From an uncultured Planctomycetia bacterium (GTDB taxonomy: Bacteria; Omnitrophota; Gorgyraeia; 2-02-FULL-51-18), in the NCBI GenBank assembly GCA_964402785.1, contig CAYODQ010000003.1, forward strand, positions 9,034 to 73,033: 64,000 bases of DNA. Reading direction: 5' to 3'. Of this stretch, positions 38,005 to 46,216 are shown in pieces. Position numbers and translations under genes: made by a program. Within the stretch, counting starts at the first letter, position 1, and each line of letters starts with the position of its first letter. The notes beneath the pieces were generated by a model that was not told the DNA's origin, made no database searches, and saw only the letters and a program-made list of their open reading frames with translations.

Positions 38005-38891
38005 TAGAGCTTAATAACCATTTTCTGCCGCGCCCTATAATCTGTTACTGCATCTTCTGATTTTATAGAAGAAACCATATCCGATATTTGTGCAAAAGCC
38101 TCAGCCGAAACCAATCGTCGTAATCGCGCTCTTTCGCTGTCGCCCTTTTTGTTAATTAATGAATAAAATAAATTGTATAATGTTTTGAATTCCGTGTTTC
38201 CGGATATCGATTCCTCCGGCCCTATAGCTCTGTACAATCTAATATTATCCTTGGTAGTTAAGGCAATGCACATATTTGAAAATGCGGTTAATTCGCGCTC
38301 GTTTATTGATGCGCGGAAAAAGTCACGAGATACAGCATCCGGTTGATTTATCGTTTCGTATAAACTGTTCATAAAAGATCGTATGCATTTAATTATAGAC
38401 CCAAACTCCTTTAGATGCTTTGATTTGTCTAAGGCCTTTCCGAGTCTTCCATGAGAGTGCTTCTGTTTAACATTGTGAATATACTCCCTAAATTTTCTTG
38501 GGGAATCTGTTCTGGCGTGGCCATATATCTGCTCCAAGGCCTCATGTGGCAATTGCTTCCTAACTTTCTGCGCTGGGTCAATGAGGGGAAGTATCTCTGT
38601 TAAATAACTTAGTGATCTAATGCCTCCAACATCACGTAAAATATCATCTCTGGACTTCCAAATTGACCTTATCTTATAGCTTCGAAATATAGTAGGCCTC
38701 TTTATTAAGCCTCTGGTTTCTTCTTGCACTGCCCAACCTAATTGATGTGGCTTTTTTACACCCATTTGGAAAAGCTTGTCACCTATTTGCCACAAAGTTT
38801 CGACCTTAGTCCGCGTCGATGACCGGGGATCTCGATAATAATTATTCAAACTTGCAATCTGCGCTATGACATCTTTGGTATTTTTAGTCAT
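38004..38891 (-). CDS. Hypothetical basic helical protein (N-terminus reminiscent of DUF1016_N)
   Basis: Long ORF translationally coupled on both sides; LWQIG...SLSYLTEIL pattern. Confidence 0.7.
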   Translation of the reverse strand: MTKNTKDVIAQIASLNNYYRDPRSSTRTKVETLWQIGDKLFQMGVKKPHQLGWAVQEETRGLIKRPTIFRSYKIRSIWKSRDDILRDVGGIRSLSYLTEILPLIDPAQKVRKQLPHEALEQIYGHARTDSPRKFREYIHNVKQKHSHGRLGKALDKSKHLKEFGSIIKCIRSFMNSLYETINQPDAVSRDFFRASINERELTAFSNMCIALTTKDNIRLYRAIGPEESISGNTEFKTLYNLFYSLINKKGDSERARLRRLVSAEAFAQISDMVSSIKSEDAVTDYRARQKMVIKL

Positions 38892-40568
38892 TTATTCTAA
38901 AGTGTGTTCGATTTCTTCGTTAAGAACCGTTGCCGCAAGTTCTTGCTCCAACCGCAAACCCAGATCTATTACATTTGAACCAACCTCAAGCGGAGTAGGA
39001 ACTTTTCCTCTTCGCTCAAATAATTTATGGACACATTCAGGTGAAATAACCATTGATACATAGTTCAATAGCCTTGTATCTAATTTAATCTTTCCTGACT
39101 TACTAGAATTTCGCTTTATAAAATCAGAGTGCTGTGTGTTTATTACTAAAGAATTACCTAGATTTATAACTCTGTCTGCTCCTGCATGATTTTGAAACTC
39201 AATCCGAGGACCCGTCGCTTGTATGGTCTGATCTTTTGATAGGCCTTCCCCCGATGACTTTGATTTTTGTTTATTTCCGCCGCCTTTTTCGTCATCACCT
39301 AGGCCGTTTTTGCCGCCAACCGCAACTTCACCGCCACTCCCCTGATTATTTGGGCCGGAGCCGCCACCTCCAATTTCATCTCCGCCAAATGGAATACTTC
39401 CAAGATCCTCCATAATTTTCTTTTCATACTCTCCGGGCATCGTTGATGGAGCCATTTGTTCGTATTGTAACTTAAAACCGCGCATTATTCTGGATAGGCA
39501 GTCTGACATTATGCTACTTAGCTTCCGAAATGACTCTTGAGTTTTCGAATCCATTACTTTGTCTATTAGGGTTTCAATATCCTTTTGAACCTCCAAGATA
39601 TTTTCATACAACAGATCACGAGCCGGAGAATCCTTTATATCATCCCTCGTAAGATTAGGTGAGCATATATCGTTAATTTCAATAGCACCAACAACAAACG
39701 GATTTGACCAGACCAATATGTCCCTTCCATACTCTCGAGCGTAATTTTTATAACTCTTAAGATCAGCGATACTTTGAATTCTTCTTTGTTTATTGGTTAG
39801 AACGGGAAGTCTATTCTCCTGCACTTTTTCAAGAACTCTCAAATCTATGTTAATTTTCTTTGTCTCATCAGGTAATGATAATGCTATTTCCTTTTTGTAA
39901 GGAGTCCCAGCATATGCGCCGTGGTTAAAGGCCTGGCACTCATATTTTTTTGGGCTGCCGTCGGAAACAAATATCTTTATGATTCCCGCCCTCAGAACAT
40001 CATCAAAATGACGTTCTATCTCGAATACCAGCGCTTTGAGAAATATAGTTTTTTTAAAAACTTGGGGATCGAACTTTGATATCGTGACTCTGGTTCCTGG
40101 CTTATCAAGCTGTTTTCCGTCTGTAATCTCACAAGGCACTTCCACATTCTCGTCAAATGATCTATCGATACGTATTCTGGCCTCATCTGTTCCCTTTTTC
40201 TTACTTATAAATATAGCTTCTTTGGCGAATGCCCTAAAAGCATGTACACCGAATCCAAACTGCCCATTAGCCCAAGGAACTGTCTTTTTCTTCGAGCGAC
40301 CTACCTCCGAAAGAAGCTCTCCCAACTCAGGAGGCGACATCCCGCCACAATTATCTGTAAATGATACTTTCTTACTGACTAGATCTACTTGGATTTCTAA
40401 AATTGGCTTAATTAATTGGCCTTTTTCCTTCCCAATGGATGCAGCATCTACCGCATTATCGATATATTCCATCGCTGCCCTAAAAAAGTCTTTGTAAGTT
40501 CCTGCAATCTGATTCAAGAGCTCGTGTTGGTCACGGATTTTGAGTTTGGTTTTTAAAGCAATTTTCAT
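38892..40568 (-). CDS. GHKL (MORC/Hsp90-like) ATPase
   Basis: EYIDNAVDA, DNCGGM, GQFGFG, GTRVTI Bergerat motifs; Gly-rich linker; C-terminal VINTQHS. Confidence 0.85.
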   Translation of the reverse strand: MKIALKTKLKIRDQHELLNQIAGTYKDFFRAAMEYIDNAVDAASIGKEKGQLIKPILEIQVDLVSKKVSFTDNCGGMSPPELGELLSEVGRSKKKTVPWANGQFGFGVHAFRAFAKEAIFISKKKGTDEARIRIDRSFDENVEVPCEITDGKQLDKPGTRVTISKFDPQVFKKTIFLKALVFEIERHFDDVLRAGIIKIFVSDGSPKKYECQAFNHGAYAGTPYKKEIALSLPDETKKINIDLRVLEKVQENRLPVLTNKQRRIQSIADLKSYKNYAREYGRDILVWSNPFVVGAIEINDICSPNLTRDDIKDSPARDLLYENILEVQKDIETLIDKVMDSKTQESFRKLSSIMSDCLSRIMRGFKLQYEQMAPSTMPGEYEKKIMEDLGSIPFGGDEIGGGGSGPNNQGSGGEVAVGGKNGLGDDEKGGGNKQKSKSSGEGLSKDQTIQATGPRIEFQNHAGADRVINLGNSLVINTQHSDFIKRNSSKSGKIKLDTRLLNYVSMVISPECVHKLFERRGKVPTPLEVGSNVIDLGLRLEQELAATVLNEEIEHTLE

Positions 40569-40577
40569 TGGATCCTC

Positions 40578-41909
40578 CTAGTTTCCTGCAAGTCGATATT
40601 TTGTCCCACTACCCTCTCCCACACGAACTATTTCCTTTGTGGAAATTAACATACCTAGCAAGCGATAAGTTTTTGGCGGCTTTATTCCGCATTCATATGA
40701 AATTTCAACCGAACTCAATGAGCCTGCCTTGCAAAGGCATTCTCTAATCTGATCTAGATTCTGCATTCTAACTATAAATGCCAATCGTCTTCTTTTTTCA
40801 AAAGCTAGCCTTGATACCTCTGGTAATTCTCTTTTTGGCCTAACAATATTTAATTCGCTCCTAAACGCATCAATCGAGCCCCATAGGCGGCGTATCCTCA
40901 TAGTAAGATACCGCCATCCACTTTTTCTTTGCATTTCAGTGGTTGATGGCACATGTCCAAGTTCTGCTTCGATATTCCTATGAAGCTCAATACACTCATT
41001 CTTTTGAGCATCCAACCTAATCTTTTCAAGTTCATCGTCGGTAATGCCATATGCAGTAAGCAGTTTCTTTAAATATGCGACTGAGATACGGTTTGATTTA
41101 GCAGCTTTACTCAGGCTCATGCCATCTGAATAGCTTTTTATAATCGCTTCTTTGGAAACAAATGGGTACTCATAGCCCGTGTATTTAAATAACCCAAGAC
41201 GCGTACCTTTGACCAAGATCTGCCTAATTCTCTCGCGCGTTAGATCCATAGTTTTGGCGACACTTTCGAGAGTGCCCTGTTGTTCATACAGGTAGAAACA
41301 TTCCTTGTAGAACTTTATCCGGTCTGCCCCAATAACCTGATTTTGAAGATTCTCAAGCGTTTTTGCTTTTGCCGGATATTTTTCTTTGAACTGACCAATT
41401 AGATCGGTCGGATTATTTGTTGATTGAATATTATTTTCGATTTTTGATATTATTTCATCGCTTAATTTCATTCCCAGCTTTAAATCTAATTGGTTAAGAA
41501 AAAATTGAATATCTCTCGCGCATTTTTTTCCTGCATTTTTTTGATTTAATATTCTTTGCTCAGTAAGGCGCACTAAATCTTTAATCGAAACAACCTTGAG
41601 CTTATCAAGACAGTTTCTGACTCTAACGGAAAATAATACTTGGGATACTGGAATTGATAACACTGTCTTCTGATAATCCAGGCTCTCCAATGCGTCGGAG
41701 GCATTCTTTTTATGTATCAGATCTATCGACTTTTTTGGTTTATACTCTTTACAAAATTGACGAATTTCTAATACTGTTTTTTTACCTAAATTTTTTATTG
41801 AATACAGCTTCCTCTCACTCAGACCAAGGCATTCCTCGACTGTTTTGTACCCCGCCGATCTTAGCGCGTTCATAGCACGAACTGACAGATTTGTGCTTCG
41901 AATATCCAT
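40578..41909 (-). CDS. Multi-domain protein: 2x RNAP alpha-CTD-like + sigma70 region 4-like HTH + further HTH modules
   Basis: LSVRAMNAL..KNLGKK; FSVRVRNCL..KNAGKK; TLESVAKTMDLTRERIRQI; C-terminal winged-HTH pattern. Confidence 0.85.
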   Translation of the reverse strand: MDIRSTNLSVRAMNALRSAGYKTVEECLGLSERKLYSIKNLGKKTVLEIRQFCKEYKPKKSIDLIHKKNASDALESLDYQKTVLSIPVSQVLFSVRVRNCLDKLKVVSIKDLVRLTEQRILNQKNAGKKCARDIQFFLNQLDLKLGMKLSDEIISKIENNIQSTNNPTDLIGQFKEKYPAKAKTLENLQNQVIGADRIKFYKECFYLYEQQGTLESVAKTMDLTRERIRQILVKGTRLGLFKYTGYEYPFVSKEAIIKSYSDGMSLSKAAKSNRISVAYLKKLLTAYGITDDELEKIRLDAQKNECIELHRNIEAELGHVPSTTEMQRKSGWRYLTMRIRRLWGSIDAFRSELNIVRPKRELPEVSRLAFEKRRRLAFIVRMQNLDQIRECLCKAGSLSSVEISYECGIKPPKTYRLLGMLISTKEIVRVGEGSGTKYRLAGN

Positions 41910-41919
41910 GAGTGCCTAT

Positions 41920-42132
41920 CTAAAGTTTAAAGTGCTTCCGGATCGAAAAGTGAAATTTGGACTTCGTTTCCCTTAGCATTTTTTCTATAGTGGAAAATAT
42001 TTTGTTTATCTCTTCTTCGGTATATTCGTAGGCACTACGGTTGCTACAGTTACCAAGCACCCTTAATTTGTGCATGACAGCATTGGTTCGCTGCTCCGCC
42101 AAGCGTTTAAATCTCTCTCTCTTTGTATTCAT
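41920..42132 (-). CDS. Small helical hypothetical protein (paralog A)
   Basis: KRERFKRLAEQR...LGN.S....YEYT; GAGGAG upstream; first gene of the operon. Confidence 0.8.
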   Translation of the reverse strand: MNTKRERFKRLAEQRTNAVMHKLRVLGNCSNRSAYEYTEEEINKIFSTIEKMLRETKSKFHFSIRKHFKL

Positions 42133-42408
42133 CCTTAAATAATCTCCTCTAATGTAATAGGAATAACGTATTATACCAATAATATCTAATTACACAATAT
42201 GAATATTATTTTGTACCTCGAACCCATGGCCGTATTAATATGAAAGGATAATCGCCAATGGAGGCGAATATAGTCCAAGAAATTGAGACATTACAACAGG
42301 CGACATTGAAACGCCGACCGGAGGGCAGCGCCCATACCGCACCTCGTTCAAATGAGCAAAATGGGGCTCTTTAACGCAATAAAAAACCACGTCATTCGGC
42401 GTGATTCC

Positions 42409-42432
42409 ATACCGAACGCCGTCCCACCGGGA
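42409..42432 (-). repeat. Right copy of the inverted 24-bp motif
   Basis: See 37120-37143; a further partial copy lies at 42334-42350. Confidence 0.65.
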
Positions 42433-42436
42433 AGCA

Positions 42437-42682
42437 TCAGAGGCGAAACTTCCCCTCGTCATTGAAGCCTTTTCGGTTTAGGCCTTTTTGGAATTTCTTC
42501 TCGACCTCGTCCACGGCAGACCTGAGGGAGGTGATAACTTTGTCGACTTGTTCGGCGGTGTAGTCGTAGCCGCTGCTGGAGAGGTTGCCGATGATCTTGA
42601 TCTTTTTGAGGGTGCTATCGACGCGGGGCTCGACGAGGCGTTTGAATTTGTCCGCTTTGGATTCTTGCTGATCATCGCCCAT
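42437..42682 (-). CDS. Small helical hypothetical protein (paralog B)
   Basis: KADKFKRLVEPR...IGNLS..GYDYT aligns with paralog A; GGAGG RBS. Confidence 0.8.
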   Translation of the reverse strand: MGDDQQESKADKFKRLVEPRVDSTLKKIKIIGNLSSSGYDYTAEQVDKVITSLRSAVDEVEKKFQKGLNRKGFNDEGKFRL

Positions 42683-42850
42683 AGGTACCTCCCGGATATT
42701 GGACTCAGTTTACCACTATCGGCGCACAAGGAGAATGGGCATTTCGGAGGGGGTTCTCGCCAGGACTGGCACGTAGATAGTGAATCCGTCGTAGTGCGAA
42801 TAGGCCATTACAGCCTTAGTTAACCGATATGCAAAATACACCTACAAAAG

Positions 42851-42888
42851 TGAACGAAAATGAGGGGGGTCGGTGTCTTGTATAGCAA
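42851..42888 (+). repeat. Dispersed 38-bp motif, copy 2
   Basis: 31/38 identical to 13319-13356; directly before the RBS of the ORF6N gene. Confidence 0.75.
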
Positions 42889-42900
42889 GGAGGGCTGTTT

Positions 42901-43434
42901 ATGCCAAAATCTGTTCATGTTTTTGAGAAAATCGAGAGAAGGATCTGCATTGTTAGGGGCAGGAACGTCATGTTAGATAAAGACTTAGCGATTCTGTATG
43001 AGGTGTCGACCAAAGCGCTGAATCAAGCGGTAAGACGAAACTTAGAAAGATTTCCTGAAGACTTTATGTTCCGCCTCACCAATGAGGAGACACAAAATTG
43101 GAGGTCACAATTTGTGACCTCCAATTCGCCAATGCTGATGAGCTTGAGGCGGAACCCCTACGCATTTACTGAGAATGGTGTCGCCATGCTATCCAGTGTG
43201 CTTAAAAGCAAGCGGGCAATACAGGTCAACATTCACATCATGAGAGCCTTTACCCGACTAAGGCAGATCTTAGCGTCTAATGATCTAATACGCCAAAAAA
43301 TCGAAGAACTCGAAAAGAAATACGATAAACATGATGATCAGTTCAAAGTAGTATTTGAAGCTATTCGCAAACTATTAGAAGAGCCCAGAAAAAATCCACC
43401 TAAAAAATCTATTGGGTTTCATGAGAAGTATTAG
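42901..43434 (+). CDS. ORF6N domain DNA-binding protein
   Basis: IVRG..VMLD.DLA.LY.V.TKALNQAV.RN..RFPEDFMF, PYAFTENGVAMLSSVL. Confidence 0.93.
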   Translation: MPKSVHVFEKIERRICIVRGRNVMLDKDLAILYEVSTKALNQAVRRNLERFPEDFMFRLTNEETQNWRSQFVTSNSPMLMSLRRNPYAFTENGVAMLSSVLKSKRAIQVNIHIMRAFTRLRQILASNDLIRQKIEELEKKYDKHDDQFKVVFEAIRKLLEEPRKNPPKKSIGFHEKY

Positions 43435-43485
43435 GACGCACCTTCGTGATATTTGTATCTCATTATAATCACTAAGGTTGCAATC

Positions 43486-43510
43486 TTGAGGTCACAAATT
43501 GTGACCTCAA
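43486..43510. repeat. Palindrome copied from within the ORF6N gene
   Basis: TTGAGGTCACAA-A-TTGTGACCTCAA; intragenic copy at 43096-43126 has 15-bp perfect arms. Confidence 0.8.
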
Positions 43511-43550
43511 ACAGGGTTATCTTTTCGCTAGTTTACTTCGTGTCTCGTAG

Positions 43551-43643
43551 TAAGCATCTGGCGTATTCGAGGAAGTCTTCTCGGAGGGACGCTGGCGACC
43601 CGGAGCGGCCAGAGATGACTTCCTCGAATGCGCCTCGTGCTTA
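43551..43643. repeat. Long imperfect palindrome (REP-like) between convergent genes
   Basis: taagca..gcgtattcgaggaagtc ... gacttcctcgaatgcgc..tgctta. Confidence 0.75.
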
Positions 43644-43644
43644 T

Positions 43645-44397
43645 TTATCCGACGATAGCGAAGTCCGCTCGGACGACGGCGTTCACTTTCTTCTCAAGAG
43701 ACGAGGTGTCATTGGTCCCCCAGTCGGAGACATCGTAGGAGTTGACTGGCGTGATCTGGAACACACCCATGCGCGCGGAGCGGATGGCACCTATTTTATT
43801 GCCGCTGGAAGATGCAATTTCTTCAGCGCGTTTTTTGGCGTCTTTGGTGGCTTCTCTTAGCATTTCGATCTTAAGCTCAGCCAGTTTGGTGTAGAAATAC
43901 TGCGGTGCGTCAGATACAAGCTCAATGCCGCGAGTGATAAGCTCCGTCGACTCGCGAGAGACGTCAGTGACTTTGTCCACATCGGCCGATTGCACTTCTA
44001 TGGGCTGGGTGAGGATATAAGCCTCTATCTCGTTGGTGTCGTTGCCTTTTTCATTTTTCTTGTACAGTGTGGTGGTCTGGGTCTGAGCGACGGTGATCTC
44101 GTCTTCCTTCACACCCTTGGAAAGAAGATACTCTTTGACGGCCTTCAAGTCCGCTTGGATCAGGGCAAAAGTTTCCGGCAGAGTCGCTGAGCGCTTGGAG
44201 AAGCTCATGCGCCACACGGTGAAGTCGGAGTTTATTTTCTTCTCAGCAGAACCCGTGACACTCACGACTTCTTTGGAGAATCGCATGGCACCTGTCACGG
44301 CTTTGGACAGGATCACGGTGGACACGATGGTGGCGATGGCGATACACACACCCAACACGACGATCTGTGAATTTCTAAAAAATCCCTGGCCTTCCAT
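43645..44397 (-). CDS. SIMPL (DUF541) domain protein
   Basis: VSVTGSAE, ATKDAKKRAEEIA, ARMGVFQIT. Confidence 0.88.
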   Translation of the reverse strand: MEGQGFFRNSQIVVLGVCIAIATIVSTVILSKAVTGAMRFSKEVVSVTGSAEKKINSDFTVWRMSFSKRSATLPETFALIQADLKAVKEYLLSKGVKEDEITVAQTQTTTLYKKNEKGNDTNEIEAYILTQPIEVQSADVDKVTDVSRESTELITRGIELVSDAPQYFYTKLAELKIEMLREATKDAKKRAEEIASSSGNKIGAIRSARMGVFQITPVNSYDVSDWGTNDTSSLEKKVNAVVRADFAIVG

Positions 44398-44407
44398 ACT
44401 TCTCCTC

Positions 44408-45538
44408 CTATCGTTTGAATAGATCCAAATACTCGGTGAATGCGAACATCCTGTTTCGCTTATAACCTGTGACTTCTCTTAAAATTTCATGACGGACGAA
44501 CTCCGCCAAAAGCGTATTCACGGCTGGGTGCGTGAGCCCTATCGCTTTGCACACCTCCTTGGCGTTGACGATCGGATTGGAGAAAAGATGTTTCAAAAGC
44601 TCCTTACCGGATTTGGTGCGCTTACCCAGCGTCATGATGCGGTCTTCGGCGCGATGACGCAAAGCTATGATCTTCTCGAAAGTGGTTTTGCCTTTGAGCG
44701 CTGTCTCGGAGACGCCGTTTAAAAAAAACTTGAGCCAATGATCCATCTCATCGGAGGTTCTCACAACCGTCAGCGCATCGTAATACGCGCCTTTATTCCT
44801 CTCAAAAAAATCTGAGAGATACAAAGTCGGTTTTTTGAGTATCCCCTGCGCCACCAAATACAACGTAATGAGAAGGCGCCCGATGCGGCCGTTGCCGTCC
44901 TGAAACGGATGGATGGTCTCGAATTGATAGTGACTGATCGCTATCCGGATAAGGTGCGGCATATGGATCTGGCGGTTGTGCCAAAATCTTTCCAGATCAC
45001 CCATGAGCTCAGGCACTTCACTTGCATGCGGCGGGATAAAAAATGCGTCACTTGGCCCGGAGCCTCCTATCCAATTTTGTCCGGTGCGGATCTCTCCAGG
45101 GGTTTTGTGCTGGCCGCGGGCATTCGACATAAGTGTTTTGTGAGTTTCTTTTAGCATGCGGCTTGATAACGGCAGGCTCTCGAGCTGACCGATAGCACTG
45201 TTCATCGCGAGCGTATAATTTTGTACTTCTTGCCAATCATCATGCCGCTCGGGATTTACTTCTTCTTTGGGCAAGAGCGCATCATCCATCTCGGTTTTGG
45301 TGCCCTCGATGCGGCTGGATGCTGTGGCTTCTTTAAAAACGTGCATACGGATAAAAAAATCCACGTCGGGGACCAGAGTGGAGTAAGCATTTAATTCGCC
45401 CAGGTTTCTGTTGGCTTCTTCCAAAAGAAGGTCGATCGCTGGGTCCTGCCATTTGTATCCAATATCAATGGGATAGGGCGAGAAGCACTTGTACTGGTAC
45501 TGCTGTTTGAAAACTCCTGCTTTGAATTTCTTTTCCAT
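44408..45538 (-). CDS. Fic family protein
   Basis: EATASSRIEG, HPFQDGNGRIGR, C-terminal HTH. Confidence 0.95.
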   Translation of the reverse strand: MEKKFKAGVFKQQYQYKCFSPYPIDIGYKWQDPAIDLLLEEANRNLGELNAYSTLVPDVDFFIRMHVFKEATASSRIEGTKTEMDDALLPKEEVNPERHDDWQEVQNYTLAMNSAIGQLESLPLSSRMLKETHKTLMSNARGQHKTPGEIRTGQNWIGGSGPSDAFFIPPHASEVPELMGDLERFWHNRQIHMPHLIRIAISHYQFETIHPFQDGNGRIGRLLITLYLVAQGILKKPTLYLSDFFERNKGAYYDALTVVRTSDEMDHWLKFFLNGVSETALKGKTTFEKIIALRHRAEDRIMTLGKRTKSGKELLKHLFSNPIVNAKEVCKAIGLTHPAVNTLLAEFVRHEILREVTGYKRNRMFAFTEYLDLFKR

Positions 45539-45702
45539 GACCTTACATTTGATTGTGGGTATTTATGTTTAGTGATTCAATCTTACATATAGAATATTAT
45601 ATGTAATATTAAGGCTAATATCAATGATATTTATAAGATTTTATTCGATTAACATAGAGTAAGTAGACTGGGATTCAATATGAATTGCGGTATAATGCAC
45701 GG

Positions 45703-46194
45703 ATGAAACGCTATTTATCTTTTATGGTCATGATCTTCGTTTTATCCGGATGCGGCTCTGGGCTGAGCTCAGACCAGAAGGCTTTGCTTTCGGATATCGC
45801 TCAAGATATAGAAAGTATTCGCTCAGATTTTGCGGAGATCGAGAATTTCCGAGCGGACATGGCGCTGGCGGGTGACCGCAACTTTTTTAGTTATCTGCGC
45901 AAAGAAAACAAAGAGGCGCTGATCATGAATTCAAGCGTGTATTGGTTCAAAGTATCCTTGACCAATAAAGCCGTGGACATGATGGACTCACCTCAACCGG
46001 TGCTCTCGGTCGAATTTCCAGAGACCAAAAAACACCTGCACTTGCGCGTGCGAGGCCGCGATCAAAAGCTGACAACGACTCTCGCCCAGATCGTACTCAG
46101 AAACGGAGAGGCTGCGGGCGGCATCCAACGTCTCTATAAGCCGGAAAATGCTGTGGAGCAGCTTTCCCGCGCCCGCAAAGGCCGTCTCCGATAA
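45703..46194 (+). CDS. Hypothetical lipoprotein
   Basis: MKRYL..VLSGC lipobox; ATG 6 nt after TATAAT. Confidence 0.7.
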   Translation: MKRYLSFMVMIFVLSGCGSGLSSDQKALLSDIAQDIESIRSDFAEIENFRADMALAGDRNFFSYLRKENKEALIMNSSVYWFKVSLTNKAVDMMDSPQPVLSVEFPETKKHLHLRVRGRDQKLTTTLAQIVLRNGEAAGGIQRLYKPENAVEQLSRARKGRLR

Positions 46195-46216
46195 ATTAGA
46201 CCGATTAAACCAAAAT

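Noticed and set aside
42767-42785. TGGCAC as a sigma54 promoter
   Set aside because: No TTGC at the -12 position.
43453-43860. 135-aa ORF containing LRSQIVTS
   Set aside because: Runs through two palindromes and antisense into SIMPL; only the palindrome resembles ORF6N.
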